Assembly: GCA_051747805.1 (NCBI GenBank)
Contig: JBNJGP010000031.1
Span: 1-31,128 of the forward strand
Source of the DNA: Candidatus Muiribacteriota bacterium
Lineage (GTDB): Bacteria > Muiribacteriota > Muiribacteriia > Muiribacteriales > Muiribacteriaceae
Direction of reading: 5' to 3'
DNA: 31,128 nucleotides
Of this stretch, positions 1-10,394 are shown one piece after another. A model generated the notes under the pieces. It saw nothing but the letters and a program-made list of their open reading frames with translations. It ran no database searches and was not told where the DNA came from. A program made the translations under genes and the position numbers. The number at the start of each line of letters is the position of its first letter. Within the stretch, counting starts at the first letter, position 1.

Positions 1-32
1 TCAAGTTAGATAACTTAATTAAGGAGGTTGTT

Positions 33-863
33 ATGATTAGAAAAACCGTTGTTGCTGGTAAATTTTATGAAAATGACAAAAATGCTCTTATAAATCAGAT
101 TAAAAACTGTTATGCTAATACTGAAATTGGACCTGGCTTTTTTGACCCTCCTTTAAAAGAAAAAGCCCGGGGTGCAATCTGTCCACATGCTGGATATATG
201 TTTTCAGGACCGGTCGCAGCACATGCTTTTAATTATTTCACTCCCGAAAAATGTGGCGATAATCCATTATTTATAATACTCTCTCCTAATCATACAGGAA
301 TGGGAGATCCTGTTTCACTCTCAAATGCTGATTACTGGGAAACTCCGCTTGGAAACATAAAAGTTTATAAAAATGACAAAAGCTCTTTTTTTAAAAACTA
401 CACCCCTTCTATTAACTCTCCTCATCAATTTGAGCATTCCATTGAGGTATTACTGCCATTTCTACAGTATAATTTTAAAAACCACCCATTTTCTATTCTT
501 CCAGTGACTTTAAGCACAAATAAACTTGCACAATTAAAAAAATTATCAGAATATTTATGTGAGCTTAATCATGATAATATATATTTTTTAATATCCTCTG
601 ATTTTTCTCATTATGTTTCCCCTGAAAGTGCAAAAAAGAAAGATTCACAGGCAATTTCTTTTATTCTAGAAAACGACATTAACTCTTTGCATGATTACTG
701 TATAAATGAAGATGTCAGTGTATGTGGATTATATCCAATTATTTCATGGTTATATATTGCGAAAAAATTTCAGTTAAAATCTAAACTGCTTAAATATGCA
801 ACCTCAGGAGACATTATGCCGATGAACGAGGTAGTTGGATATTCCAGTATTATTTTCTGGTGA
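33..863 (+). CDS. amrB: MEMO1-family protein (AmmeMemoRadiSam system protein B)
   Basis: Motifs R..VVAGKFY, PHAGYMFSG, PNHTG, EHSIEV, SSDFSHY, SVCG, VVGY; RBS AAGGAGG at 21-27. Confidence 0.92.
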   Translation: MIRKTVVAGKFYENDKNALINQIKNCYANTEIGPGFFDPPLKEKARGAICPHAGYMFSGPVAAHAFNYFTPEKCGDNPLFIILSPNHTGMGDPVSLSNADYWETPLGNIKVYKNDKSSFFKNYTPSINSPHQFEHSIEVLLPFLQYNFKNHPFSILPVTLSTNKLAQLKKLSEYLCELNHDNIYFLISSDFSHYVSPESAKKKDSQAISFILENDINSLHDYCINEDVSVCGLYPIISWLYIAKKFQLKSKLLKYATSGDIMPMNEVVGYSSIIFW

Positions 864-947
864 TAGGTATAATTTTTACAATAATATTCTATTTTAATAA
901 AGTCGATATATTCAATAAATCCAATAAAAAAATCAGGGAGTTACTTT

Positions 948-2171
948 ATGAAAAAATTTTTATTTTTAATATTGTGTATAAGCTTAATATATAACGTTTC
1001 CTCTAGAACAAACGATAATGAGGAAATTCCAAAAGAAATTTTTGACGAAGGTATCTCTGAATTCAAGTCTGAAAACTTTAAAAAAGCAGCCCCTTTATTT
1101 GAGGAGCTGATAGAAGATTATGAAGATACGCAGTATGCAAATCAATCTTTTTTTTATTTAGGTGAAGTTTATAATGAAATGACTAATCAGTACAGGGAAT
1201 CTGCTCTCTCATCTTTTGAAAAATCTTCCCTGATTTATTCAGGAAATAATATTTCAAAAAGAGCACTCTTTAAAATAGCAGAAATTTATCGAAATAACGG
1301 TGATAAGGAGGAGCTCCAGAATGTGCAGAGTCGGCTTATTAATTCATTCCCAGATGATAAAGAAATTAAATCAGTTTATGTTGAAAAAATTAATAAAACA
1401 GAGGACTCTAAAGAAAAAATTAATCTGATAGATAATTATCTTGATAATTACAGAAGCTGTCCTGAAAGAAATAATATGCAAAAAAAACTTTTTAATGAAT
1501 ATATTAAAATAGAAAATTACGATGGTGCAAGAAGTGTATTTAGAAATTTAGACAGACAAGACATTGATGAGGATAATCTGGTTAAATATTATTATAATAC
1601 TAATCAGAAAAAACAGGCTGAAAGAATTTTAAAAAGAAATAATATGCACCCCCAGCTTATAAAAAAAGCAAAAGAAAATTTCAATTATCCTGAGGCCGTT
1701 CGTTTATATGAGGAAATGCTCGAAAACAAGAAATTTCAAAAACCAGATAAAATACTTGAATTTATTAATTTATTACAAACTTTAAATGAAAGTAAAAAAG
1801 CCCTATCGGTGCTTTATGATTTTGAGTTTGTTTTTGAAGGAGAAAAACTTCGCCCTGTTTTCTTATACAAGGCTGGTATATTAAATATGGGTCTAGTTTC
1901 TTTTTTTCTTGATGAATCAGGTTATAAATATCATAAAGATACCAACTCTCTTGAAGAGGCTGTTAATCTTTTTTCAAAAATTTACTATGAATATCCTGAA
2001 AGTAATTTAACCCCGAATGCATTACTTAAAATTATCGAGATAGAAAAAGAACATTTATTCGACTGGGATAATCTTCAGGAAACAGCAAAAATACTAATAA
2101 ATAATTATAGAGATACATCTCAGGCCGAACTGGCTAAGGAAACAATGAAGGAATACCGCTTCAAATACTGA
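948..2171 (+). CDS. Exported tetratricopeptide-repeat protein (BamD/CpoB-like TPR repeats)
   Basis: Signal peptide MKKFLFLILCISLIYNVSS; TPR-like segments (A..LFEELIEDYEDTQYANQSFFYLGEVY; AVNLFSKIYYEYPESNLTPNALLKI); RBS GGGAG; 3' end overlaps the convergent gene by 11 bp. Confidence 0.75.
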   Translation: MKKFLFLILCISLIYNVSSRTNDNEEIPKEIFDEGISEFKSENFKKAAPLFEELIEDYEDTQYANQSFFYLGEVYNEMTNQYRESALSSFEKSSLIYSGNNISKRALFKIAEIYRNNGDKEELQNVQSRLINSFPDDKEIKSVYVEKINKTEDSKEKINLIDNYLDNYRSCPERNNMQKKLFNEYIKIENYDGARSVFRNLDRQDIDEDNLVKYYYNTNQKKQAERILKRNNMHPQLIKKAKENFNYPEAVRLYEEMLENKKFQKPDKILEFINLLQTLNESKKALSVLYDFEFVFEGEKLRPVFLYKAGILNMGLVSFFLDESGYKYHKDTNSLEEAVNLFSKIYYEYPESNLTPNALLKIIEIEKEHLFDWDNLQETAKILINNYRDTSQAELAKETMKEYRFKY

Positions 2172-4191
2172 GATATTTTTTAATTTTATGCATTATAATA
2201 TTTTTTTCAAAAGGTTTTACAATATAATCTTTAACCATTCCTGAGGATATAGCCTTCATAACCGAAGACTGCTCTCTTTTGGCTGTAAGCATTACAATAA
2301 CAGGCTTTATATTTTTTTGCTTTAATTCGTCTATTACCTGAAATCCATCTTTAACCGGCATCATTATATCAAGTATAATAAGGTCGGGTTGAATTTTATT
2401 ATCAATAATCATCTCAAGAGCCTGCTTCCCGTTTTCTGCAACCACTATTTCAGTTTTATCTCCAAACTCATTTTCAATTAATTTTTTAGTAATAATTCTA
2501 ATTTCCTGAGAATCGTCCACAATCAAAACTTTTTTAGGATCGGGTCCCAGCTCTTTGAGTTCAGGATTTATTTTTTCTACATAAAAATTATAAAGTGAAA
2601 GAACATATTTTTGATCAAACTTTTCTTTTTCTTTCCTCAGAAGAGTTTTAAAAGCAGTATTTAAATCATAGGCCCCTCTGAACACTCTTGAGGAAGTCTG
2701 AGCCTGAAAAACATCAGCTATTCCAACAATTCTGGAATACTGCGGAACCTGAATGCCATGTTTCTGTTTTGGATAACCGCTACCGTCAAGCCTTTCATGA
2801 TGCTGATAGGAAATATAAGCTATATTACCTTTAAACCTGGAAATCTCTGTTAATGTATCAATTCCATAAATTGTATGTTTCTGAATATCAAATAAATCAT
2901 CAAATGGAAGTTTTTGTGGTTTATTCCATATAAGGTCTCTTACTTTGACCATTCCAATATCATGCATAAGAGAACCAATTGTAACTTCCATCATTTCATC
3001 TTCTGACATTCCCCCAAGCATTGCAATAAGTGCAGACATATAACCTGTATTTATTGAATGGCTTAAAACATAGTTGTTAAGAGTGTTAAACTCGGAAAGA
3101 TTAACAGCATTTTCAGGAGCAAGTTTTACCTGGCTTACTATTTTTGTTGCTATTTTAATAATTGAATCAGGGTCAATATCCTGATTTCCTCTTGCCGAAC
3201 GTATGATATTTTCTGTTTCGGTAATACTTTGTTCATACTCTTTTTTAAAAACTTCGATATCATTTTTTCCATATTCTATTTTTTCAAATTTTACATCAAC
3301 CTGCTGGTCTTTTTTAAATTTTTTTTCAAAAAAATCATCATCTATATTATTAAAACTATCCACTTCAGGTTTCTTTACTTCTATAGAGAGCAAATCCTCT
3401 TCGGCTTTTTTAACTTCATGTATTTTTTCTTTTTTAACTACTTTTTTAAAATCGGACGTTTTATTTTTATTACCTTCTTTTGTTATTCCCATTTTTTTAA
3501 GAAGCATTATAATTTTTGAAGAAAGTTGAGGATCATTTTCTGCAAGTATTTTATAACCTGTATTTTCAATTTTTTCTTTATTAATATTCTCTAATAAAAT
3601 CTGTATTTCATTTATTAATACTGTATCTGCACCTTTAAGAGAATAAAAAAGGGGGGCTACAATATTTTCATCAGGGGTCATTTTCTGCATAACCTTTAAT
3701 ATATGCTTTTTATTATTGGTATCTGTTTGTCTGGATAAAACATCAATAAAAAAAGAAGATTCTTTATCGATTTTTTCGGCTGCCTGAAGAAGTTCAAAAA
3801 TTTTTAAAACAATAGTGTCGTTTGAAACATTTTTAGAAATTTGGGCTAATCTTGTTGTCACATCAGAATCATCCATATAGCCGGCACATTTTTTCAATGT
3901 TTCATAAGCTTTCTGATATCCAAGACCTGGAATTGAATCAATTTCATTTAGAAGCTCAGCTTTTTCATTATTTTCATCTGCATCAGCATCATCATCTATA
4001 ACTTCAACTTCCTCATCATCAGTTTCATCCTCTAATACAGAAACCATTCTGATATTTCTGCTTTTAAGCCTTTTAATATAATCATCTGTCATTTTTACAC
4101 CCGCATCAAGAAGCACCTCTTTATTTTTATCAAATACAGGCCGACCAAGTATCATTCCGGGTTTTAATTTTCTAACTGAAACAGTTTTCAT
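2161..4191 (-). CDS. HD-GYP domain (cyclic dinucleotide phosphodiesterase family) protein with C-terminal response-regulator receiver domain
   Basis: N-terminal LKPGMILGRPV module typical of HD-GYP proteins; HSINT, HDIG, HHERLDGSGYP, IAD; REC motifs IVDD, LDIMMP, MLTA, KPF; RBS GAGG upstream. Confidence 0.88.
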   Translation of the reverse strand: MKTVSVRKLKPGMILGRPVFDKNKEVLLDAGVKMTDDYIKRLKSRNIRMVSVLEDETDDEEVEVIDDDADADENNEKAELLNEIDSIPGLGYQKAYETLKKCAGYMDDSDVTTRLAQISKNVSNDTIVLKIFELLQAAEKIDKESSFFIDVLSRQTDTNNKKHILKVMQKMTPDENIVAPLFYSLKGADTVLINEIQILLENINKEKIENTGYKILAENDPQLSSKIIMLLKKMGITKEGNKNKTSDFKKVVKKEKIHEVKKAEEDLLSIEVKKPEVDSFNNIDDDFFEKKFKKDQQVDVKFEKIEYGKNDIEVFKKEYEQSITETENIIRSARGNQDIDPDSIIKIATKIVSQVKLAPENAVNLSEFNTLNNYVLSHSINTGYMSALIAMLGGMSEDEMMEVTIGSLMHDIGMVKVRDLIWNKPQKLPFDDLFDIQKHTIYGIDTLTEISRFKGNIAYISYQHHERLDGSGYPKQKHGIQVPQYSRIVGIADVFQAQTSSRVFRGAYDLNTAFKTLLRKEKEKFDQKYVLSLYNFYVEKINPELKELGPDPKKVLIVDDSQEIRIITKKLIENEFGDKTEIVVAENGKQALEMIIDNKIQPDLIILDIMMPVKDGFQVIDELKQKNIKPVIVMLTAKREQSSVMKAISSGMVKDYIVKPFEKNIIMHKIKKYLSI

Positions 4192-4212
4192 AAAAATAAC
4201 CTCTTTTTTAAA

Positions 4213-6417
4213 TTAAACTTCTAATCCTTTAAAATATCGAATAAGCTCAACTTTGTTTCCCTGTTTATTATATATAAATTTATCTGCTATAGATGAAACT
4301 AAAATTATACCCCTTCCATTTTCTTCAAGCAACCTTGATTCATAATCTTTTAAAAAAGAATAATCAAAACCGGTTCCCTCATCCTCTATTTCTATCTCAA
4401 TTTTTTCTCTTGATAAAAAATATTTAACGTATATTTTTTTATCTGATTTAAATTGATTACCGTGTTTGGCAGCATTTATCATAAGTTCGCTCAGGGCAAG
4501 TCTTATGTCAAAAATATCATCCTCAAAAATTTTATAACTTTCCATTTTTTTTACTAACTTTTCAACAAATCTGTTTACATCTTCAATTGTGCTTTCAACA
4601 ACAAGTTTTTCCTGAGTTGAGTTAAATTTTTTGTTAATCTTTTTTATAACCAGTATTGTTGTATCATCATGCTGAGGCTGTTTCTGAGTAAAATCTTCAA
4701 TGCTTAAAAGTATTGATTTTATAATTCCGTTAGAGGATTTATCTGTATTTTTTTTAATTACTGCTTCAAGCCTTTCTGAGCCAAATTCTTCTCTATTTTT
4801 ATTCATTGCCTCGTTAACACCGTCAGTAAAGAAAATAATAAAATCTTCTTCTTTCATTTTAAGACATCTTGTTGAATACTTTACATCTTCCATTATACCA
4901 ACTGGTAGTCCGTCAGCCTCATAATGGACAATTTCTTTTTTATCAGCCTGATAATGAACAAATGGAACATGCCCAGCACTTGTAAAATACATTTTGTTAT
5001 TTTTCATATTCGCAAATGCACAGACAAATGTAATAAATTTTCCTTCATATATATCTGTTGCAATAAGTCTATTTATTTCTGTAAGCAGCTCTCCAGTATT
5101 CTCGTTAGCATTACGAAGTTCTGAACGGAACAGGCTTCTTATCATAGCCATTAAGAGAGCCGCCGCTATTCCCTTTCCTGAAACATCGCCGAGTAAAAAC
5201 CAGCACTCATCATCTGAAATTTTATAAAAATCATAATAATCTCCACCCACCTGACGAGCAGGCATACTGATTGCGGCAACATCAAGCTGATTCAAAACAG
5301 GAGGTCTTGATGGAAGTAAGCTAACCTGAATATTTCTGGCAAGTTCAATATCACGCTCAATTTTCTGTTTTTCAATAAACTGATTATAAAGTCGTATATT
5401 TTCAAGTGAATTAGTTGTCTGCTGAGCAAAAGACTGTAAAATTTTTTCATCTCTTTCTGAGTATGGTTTATTAGTTTCCCGCTCAGATAACATTATGAGA
5501 GCATAAAGTTTTTCTTTGAAAAAAACAGGTGCAGAAAAAAGGGAATTATATTTAAAATTATTTTTTACAAAAAGGTCAATATTATCTTTTTGATTTATTA
5601 TTTCAGGATTCTGGTCAATTTTTTTAAAAAAATCACATACCGGAAGTTTTTTACCAATTTTATATTCCGGCTTGGAACACTCAATTTGCAGGGAATGATT
5701 TTCTCTGTCAAAAACAAGAATAGTTGCTTTATGGGCATTAAAAGCTTCCTTTATTGTTTTAAGAGCAATAGAAAACAGGGTTTTCTTATCAAAAACAGAG
5801 CCCATTTTTTTAGTAAAATCATATATTAACTGCAGCTCCTTATAAAGATTTCTGGTTTCGTTCATCTCAATTTCAAGATTATCTGTTTTTTCAACAAGCT
5901 GATTATAAAGTTTCATTTTAGCTGTGAAAGTTGCAAGCAAATAAGAGGAAATACTTACCATATTTAAAATACCAGGGGTTAATTCAATTTTTGAAAACAT
6001 CAGTATAAAAAAACCCTCAAACTGTGCTTCAATAAAAAGAGGAACAACTATAAAAGTAAACCCATCAAGTTTATATACTGTCTGTTTCTGCTCATCTTTT
6101 ACCCAGCCTAGAATTTTTTCATCATAAAGCTTTTTGATATAATCCCCAACCTTTAAATCGCTCCCCCTTTCAACAAGAGGCTCGTGGTTACTGTTTACAA
6201 TTACACAGGAATCATAAGCAATATACTCTTTTATAACATCAACAATAATGTTTAAAGTAGCTTCAACATCAACCGAATGAGTAATTTTTTGGAAAATATC
6301 CTCTATATAGGAATATAAATCAATTTGCTTTTCCTGAAAAAATTCATTTTCATTATTATTTTCATTATTTTCTTCAAACTCAAGATTATCAATTAATTCA
6401 TCAAGGCCATCTGTCAT
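4213..6417 (-). CDS. GAF domain(s) + SpoIIE/PP2C (RsbU-like) phosphatase + C-terminal RsbW-like HATPase serine kinase/anti-sigma factor fusion
   Basis: PP2C motifs VGGDYYD, GDVSGKG, SAGH, FTDGVNEA, DDTT; HATPase motifs ELMINAAKHG, DEGTGFD, ENGRG; GAF-like region ending LQSFAQQ..LENIRLY. Confidence 0.9.
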   Translation of the reverse strand: MTDGLDELIDNLEFEENNENNNENEFFQEKQIDLYSYIEDIFQKITHSVDVEATLNIIVDVIKEYIAYDSCVIVNSNHEPLVERGSDLKVGDYIKKLYDEKILGWVKDEQKQTVYKLDGFTFIVVPLFIEAQFEGFFILMFSKIELTPGILNMVSISSYLLATFTAKMKLYNQLVEKTDNLEIEMNETRNLYKELQLIYDFTKKMGSVFDKKTLFSIALKTIKEAFNAHKATILVFDRENHSLQIECSKPEYKIGKKLPVCDFFKKIDQNPEIINQKDNIDLFVKNNFKYNSLFSAPVFFKEKLYALIMLSERETNKPYSERDEKILQSFAQQTTNSLENIRLYNQFIEKQKIERDIELARNIQVSLLPSRPPVLNQLDVAAISMPARQVGGDYYDFYKISDDECWFLLGDVSGKGIAAALLMAMIRSLFRSELRNANENTGELLTEINRLIATDIYEGKFITFVCAFANMKNNKMYFTSAGHVPFVHYQADKKEIVHYEADGLPVGIMEDVKYSTRCLKMKEEDFIIFFTDGVNEAMNKNREEFGSERLEAVIKKNTDKSSNGIIKSILLSIEDFTQKQPQHDDTTILVIKKINKKFNSTQEKLVVESTIEDVNRFVEKLVKKMESYKIFEDDIFDIRLALSELMINAAKHGNQFKSDKKIYVKYFLSREKIEIEIEDEGTGFDYSFLKDYESRLLEENGRGIILVSSIADKFIYNKQGNKVELIRYFKGLEV

Positions 6418-6426
6418 TTTAAACCC

Positions 6427-7290
6427 CTAGGAATCTTCAACAAGCTCTAAAAAATCTTTGGCTTTTTGAATTTCTTTGTCAAATTCAGCAGAAACTTCTT
6501 TAATATCACTTTTACCCAGACCAAGATTACTAAAAGGTTCAGTTCTGAGTTTTGGGATTGCTTTATCCCCGTCAAAACCGAACTGTTTAAGTTTACATAC
6601 CAGGTCCGCAAGATAAATAACCGAGGTATCTTTTTTGGAATCAGCATAAGCATACTGAGGTTGATGATGAAAACCTATAACAGAACAAATTTTTGATGGG
6701 AGTTTCCATATTTCTGTTGTTTTTTTGCCAATCATCGCATGGTCCATCCCATATATTTCCTTTTCAACTATTTCAATAGGAAGCTCTTTATTTTCAGCCA
6801 GTTTTAAACATTTAATAAACTCCTCATGAATAAACTGATCACATACAATAAGTCCAATATCATGAAGCAAGCCTGAAATAAAAAGTTCCTCAGTATCAAT
6901 ATTCATTTTGCATTTTTTAGCTATAATACCTGTGCTTACCGCAACTCCAACAGAATGTTTCCATAACTCTTTTCTATCAAATTCATCGCCTTTTTTATTA
7001 AAAAGCTTGCATACAGAAACAGACAGAGCTAAATTTTTTACAGCATTAAAACCAAGTATAACTATGGCCTCAGTAATTTTTGTAACTGTTCTGGGAAAAC
7101 CATAATAGGCACTGTTTACAAGTTTTAATGTTTTTGTTGTTAAAGCCTGATCCTGTTTTATTACGTCATTTAAATCTTTTGCAGTTGAATTCTGAGAATT
7201 TGCAACCTCCAGAACTTTTGAAACAATAACAGGAAGTGTAGGCACTTCTTCTATCTGTTTTATTATTTTTAATGTATCTGAAAAATGCAT
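6427..7290 (-). CDS. HDOD domain protein
   Basis: PTLP, DQALT..LKLVNSAYYG, AIVILG, LWKHS, GLLHDIG, DHA.IG..W.LP, FHHQP; start moved to ATG 7290 (RBS GAGGAG at 7306-7301) to avoid overlap with ade. Confidence 0.9.
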   Translation of the reverse strand: MHFSDTLKIIKQIEEVPTLPVIVSKVLEVANSQNSTAKDLNDVIKQDQALTTKTLKLVNSAYYGFPRTVTKITEAIVILGFNAVKNLALSVSVCKLFNKKGDEFDRKELWKHSVGVAVSTGIIAKKCKMNIDTEELFISGLLHDIGLIVCDQFIHEEFIKCLKLAENKELPIEIVEKEIYGMDHAMIGKKTTEIWKLPSKICSVIGFHHQPQYAYADSKKDTSVIYLADLVCKLKQFGFDGDKAIPKLRTEPFSNLGLGKSDIKEVSAEFDKEIQKAKDFLELVEDS

Positions 7291-7294
7291 GTTA

Positions 7295-9022
7295 TTAAAA
7301 CTCCTCAAGCAACTCAATGAAATTGAAATTTTTAACACTTACCAGCCCTTTATCTGTCAACTTAAGCTCCGGAATAACCGGAAGGGCAAGAAACGCTAAA
7401 GTTATAAATGGATCTTTAAGTGTTATTCCCAAATTATAACATAAATTATGAAGTTTATTAAGTTTAAAAGAAACATCTTCAAGAACAAGTTCTGTCATTA
7501 AACCGGCTATTGGAAGCGGTAGCTCACCGATAATCTCACCTTTTGAAACAATTACAATACCTCCTCCTGTTTCTTTCAGCCTTTTCATACATAAACGCAT
7601 ATCATCATCATCAGTTCCTATTATATTTATATTGTGACTGTCATGACTAACAGTTGTTCCTACAGCACCATTTTTAAGCCCGGTACCCTTTACAAACCCC
7701 AAACCATAATTTCCTGTTTTATTATGTCTTTCAATAACTGCCATCTTAACAATATCATTTTCAATATCTGAAACAACCTGATTATTGTTTATTTTAGGAG
7801 CAACAACAAGATGCCTTGTAATAATCTGTCCAGGTATAACCTCAATTACATTTAACTTGTATTTTTTATTTTTTTCTTTGATATTCACTTCTAAATTATA
7901 ATTATTTAAACTTTTAATATTAACTGAGTTATATATTTTTTTATTTTCCGGCGGCTCCGCCTTAAACAGCGGTTTACCATCAACAGCAACAAGTTTTCCA
8001 TCTTTATATACTTCCCGGATATTCATTTTTTCAAAATCCTCAATAAGAAGCAGATCAGCCTTATAACCAGGAGCCACCGCTCCGAGTTCTTTAAGATTAA
8101 AATATTCACAAGCATTTTTAGTTGCCAATCTTACACCTCTTGTAATATTTCTCTGTTTTTTAATCAGAGTTTTTACCATATTATCAATATGACCTTCATT
8201 AATCAGATCATCCGGGTGTCTGTCGTCTGTGGAAAAAAAACAGAACCGGTCATTAAACTTATTTAAAAGCGGTAGCAGGTCTTCAAGATTTTTTGTTGCC
8301 GATCCCTCTCTCAGCATTATATACATACCCATTCTAAGTTTTTCTAATGCTTCATCAACTGTCGTACATTCATGTTCACTTGTTACACCTGCGGCCCTGT
8401 ATGCACAAAGCTGCTGTTGCGAAATCATAGGAGCATGACCGTCAATTATTTTATCTGAAAATAACTCTATTTTTTTTAGTACTTCTTCATCCGCGTTTAT
8501 CACTCCCGGATAATTCATAAATTCACCCAGACCAATAACCTGAGGATTATTAAGATATTTTTTTAATTCTTTATGGTCGAGTTCTGCTCCCGAAGTTTCA
8601 AGCGGGGTTGCTGGAACGCATGAGGGCATCATCAAAAACACATTCAGCGGAATATTTTTTGAGCTTTCTAGAATATAATCAATTCCCTCTAAACCCGAAA
8701 CATTTGCGATTTCATGCGGGTCAATAACAACAGTTGTAGTTCCTCTTGGAACAACTGCCCTGGCAAATTCAGCAGGACTTACCATTGAACTTTCAATATG
8801 AACATGACCGTCAACAAAGCCCGGAGTTAAAAACATTCCTTCGCAGTTTTTTTCTTCTACGCCTTTATATCCAGGGACAATACCGGCAATATATCCATCA
8901 CAAACAGCAACATCAGTAATATAGATTTCTCCTGAAATAGTATTCACAAGTGAAACGTTTTTAAAAACAATATCAGCCTTATTTTTTCCGGAAGCTACAT
9001 GAATTAATTTCTTTCTGTTCAT
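7295..9022 (-). CDS. ade: Adenine deaminase
   Basis: DGHVHIESS, DPHEIANV, GEFMN, DGHAP, EHEC, REGS, TDDRHP, SHDSHN, LPLPIAGLM, LALPVIPELKLTD; metal-binding motifs intact. Confidence 0.95.
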   Translation of the reverse strand: MNRKKLIHVASGKNKADIVFKNVSLVNTISGEIYITDVAVCDGYIAGIVPGYKGVEEKNCEGMFLTPGFVDGHVHIESSMVSPAEFARAVVPRGTTTVVIDPHEIANVSGLEGIDYILESSKNIPLNVFLMMPSCVPATPLETSGAELDHKELKKYLNNPQVIGLGEFMNYPGVINADEEVLKKIELFSDKIIDGHAPMISQQQLCAYRAAGVTSEHECTTVDEALEKLRMGMYIMLREGSATKNLEDLLPLLNKFNDRFCFFSTDDRHPDDLINEGHIDNMVKTLIKKQRNITRGVRLATKNACEYFNLKELGAVAPGYKADLLLIEDFEKMNIREVYKDGKLVAVDGKPLFKAEPPENKKIYNSVNIKSLNNYNLEVNIKEKNKKYKLNVIEVIPGQIITRHLVVAPKINNNQVVSDIENDIVKMAVIERHNKTGNYGLGFVKGTGLKNGAVGTTVSHDSHNINIIGTDDDDMRLCMKRLKETGGGIVIVSKGEIIGELPLPIAGLMTELVLEDVSFKLNKLHNLCYNLGITLKDPFITLAFLALPVIPELKLTDKGLVSVKNFNFIELLEEF

Positions 9023-9035
9023 TTGTGTCTCCTCT

Positions 9036-10358
9036 TTAAAGTTTTTTCATCATATCAAAGAGGTTTTGATTAGCCTTACTAATTAAACCATCAGTATTTA
9101 TAGTTAAAAACTCCCCTTTATCATAAACCATTGAACCGTCTATCATAACTTGATCAACATTTTCAGAGGAAGCTGAATAAACAAGGGAGGAAACAGGGTC
9201 AAAATATGGCGAAGAGTTAAATTTATTCAAATCAACAACTACAATATCAGCTTTTTTTCCCTCTTCAATTGTACCGATTTCATCTTTTAATCCAACTGTT
9301 TCTGCCCCTCCCACAGTAGCCATTTTAAAAACTTCTTGAGCCGGCATAATCGTAGGTCCATGTATGGGTTTTTGAATTAAAGCAGCCTGTCGCATCTCTT
9401 TAAACATTGAAAGATTATTATTACATGGAGCCCCGTCAGCGGCAATGCCAACAGTAATTTGTCTTTTTAAATACTCTGGAACCGGAGAAATACCTGAGGC
9501 CAGCTTTAAATTAGCATCAGGACAATGAAGAACTTTTATATTTTTTTCTTTCATTATTTCAATTTCATCATCATCCACCCATATACAATGTGCAAGAAGA
9601 AGATTTTTATCGGCTATATTGTATTCTTTAAAAAACTCAATATTTTTTAATCCCGTTTTTTTCTTTACAATTTCAACTTCTTTTTTGTTTTCAGAGGCAT
9701 GTGTATGATATAATAGACCCCTGCTTTTACATATTTCATCAGTTTGTTTCATTAAATCAACCGTACACGAAACAACAAATCTGGGAGCAAAAGCATATTT
9801 AACTCTTTTATTTCCAGAATTATGGAATTCCTCATAAAGCTCCAGAGATTTCTTTATTGAATCTTTGGTATTTTCGCGAATATAATCCGGCAAATCAGGG
9901 CTGTCCATCATTGTTTTACCAAAAAAAGCACGCATTCCACTCTTGATTAAGTTAAGTGCAATTTTATCTGTATGGTTTATTGTACCCATATCAACAATTG
10001 TTGTTGTCCCGCCTCTCATAAGTTCACATATACCCATTTTAGCTGATATATCAATAGTTTCTTCTGTATGCATTGCCTCAAGAGGCCATATTCTTTTTTT
10101 CAGCCAGTCCATTAAATCCATATCATCTGCAGCGCCTTTAAACAGAACCTGACATAAATGAATATGAGGTTGAATAAAACCGGGAATAATGAATTTATTT
10201 TTAATGTTTATAGTTTCAACTAAATCACTTTTTTTTACTTTTATATTGGATTCAACTTTAATAATTTTATTTTTACTGATTAATACATCTGCTTTTTTCT
10301 TTATTAATTCCCCTTTTCTGGTAAAAGTTAAAACTGTACCACCTTTAAATAATTTCAT
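9036..10358 (-). CDS. Amidohydrolase-family nucleoside deaminase (5'-deoxyadenosine / MTA-SAH deaminase-like)
   Basis: PGFIQPHIHLCQ.LF.G.ADD..L.DWL..RIWPLEA, APRF, HTHASE, AHC, HCP..NLKLASG, ADGAPCNN; metal ligands intact; exact substrate not determinable. Confidence 0.82.
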   Translation of the reverse strand: MKLFKGGTVLTFTRKGELIKKKADVLISKNKIIKVESNIKVKKSDLVETINIKNKFIIPGFIQPHIHLCQVLFKGAADDMDLMDWLKKRIWPLEAMHTEETIDISAKMGICELMRGGTTTIVDMGTINHTDKIALNLIKSGMRAFFGKTMMDSPDLPDYIRENTKDSIKKSLELYEEFHNSGNKRVKYAFAPRFVVSCTVDLMKQTDEICKSRGLLYHTHASENKKEVEIVKKKTGLKNIEFFKEYNIADKNLLLAHCIWVDDDEIEIMKEKNIKVLHCPDANLKLASGISPVPEYLKRQITVGIAADGAPCNNNLSMFKEMRQAALIQKPIHGPTIMPAQEVFKMATVGGAETVGLKDEIGTIEEGKKADIVVVDLNKFNSSPYFDPVSSLVYSASSENVDQVMIDGSMVYDKGEFLTINTDGLISKANQNLFDMMKKL

Positions 10359-10394
10359 ATAATTCTCCCTCTAATTTAATAACAAATTACTTTA

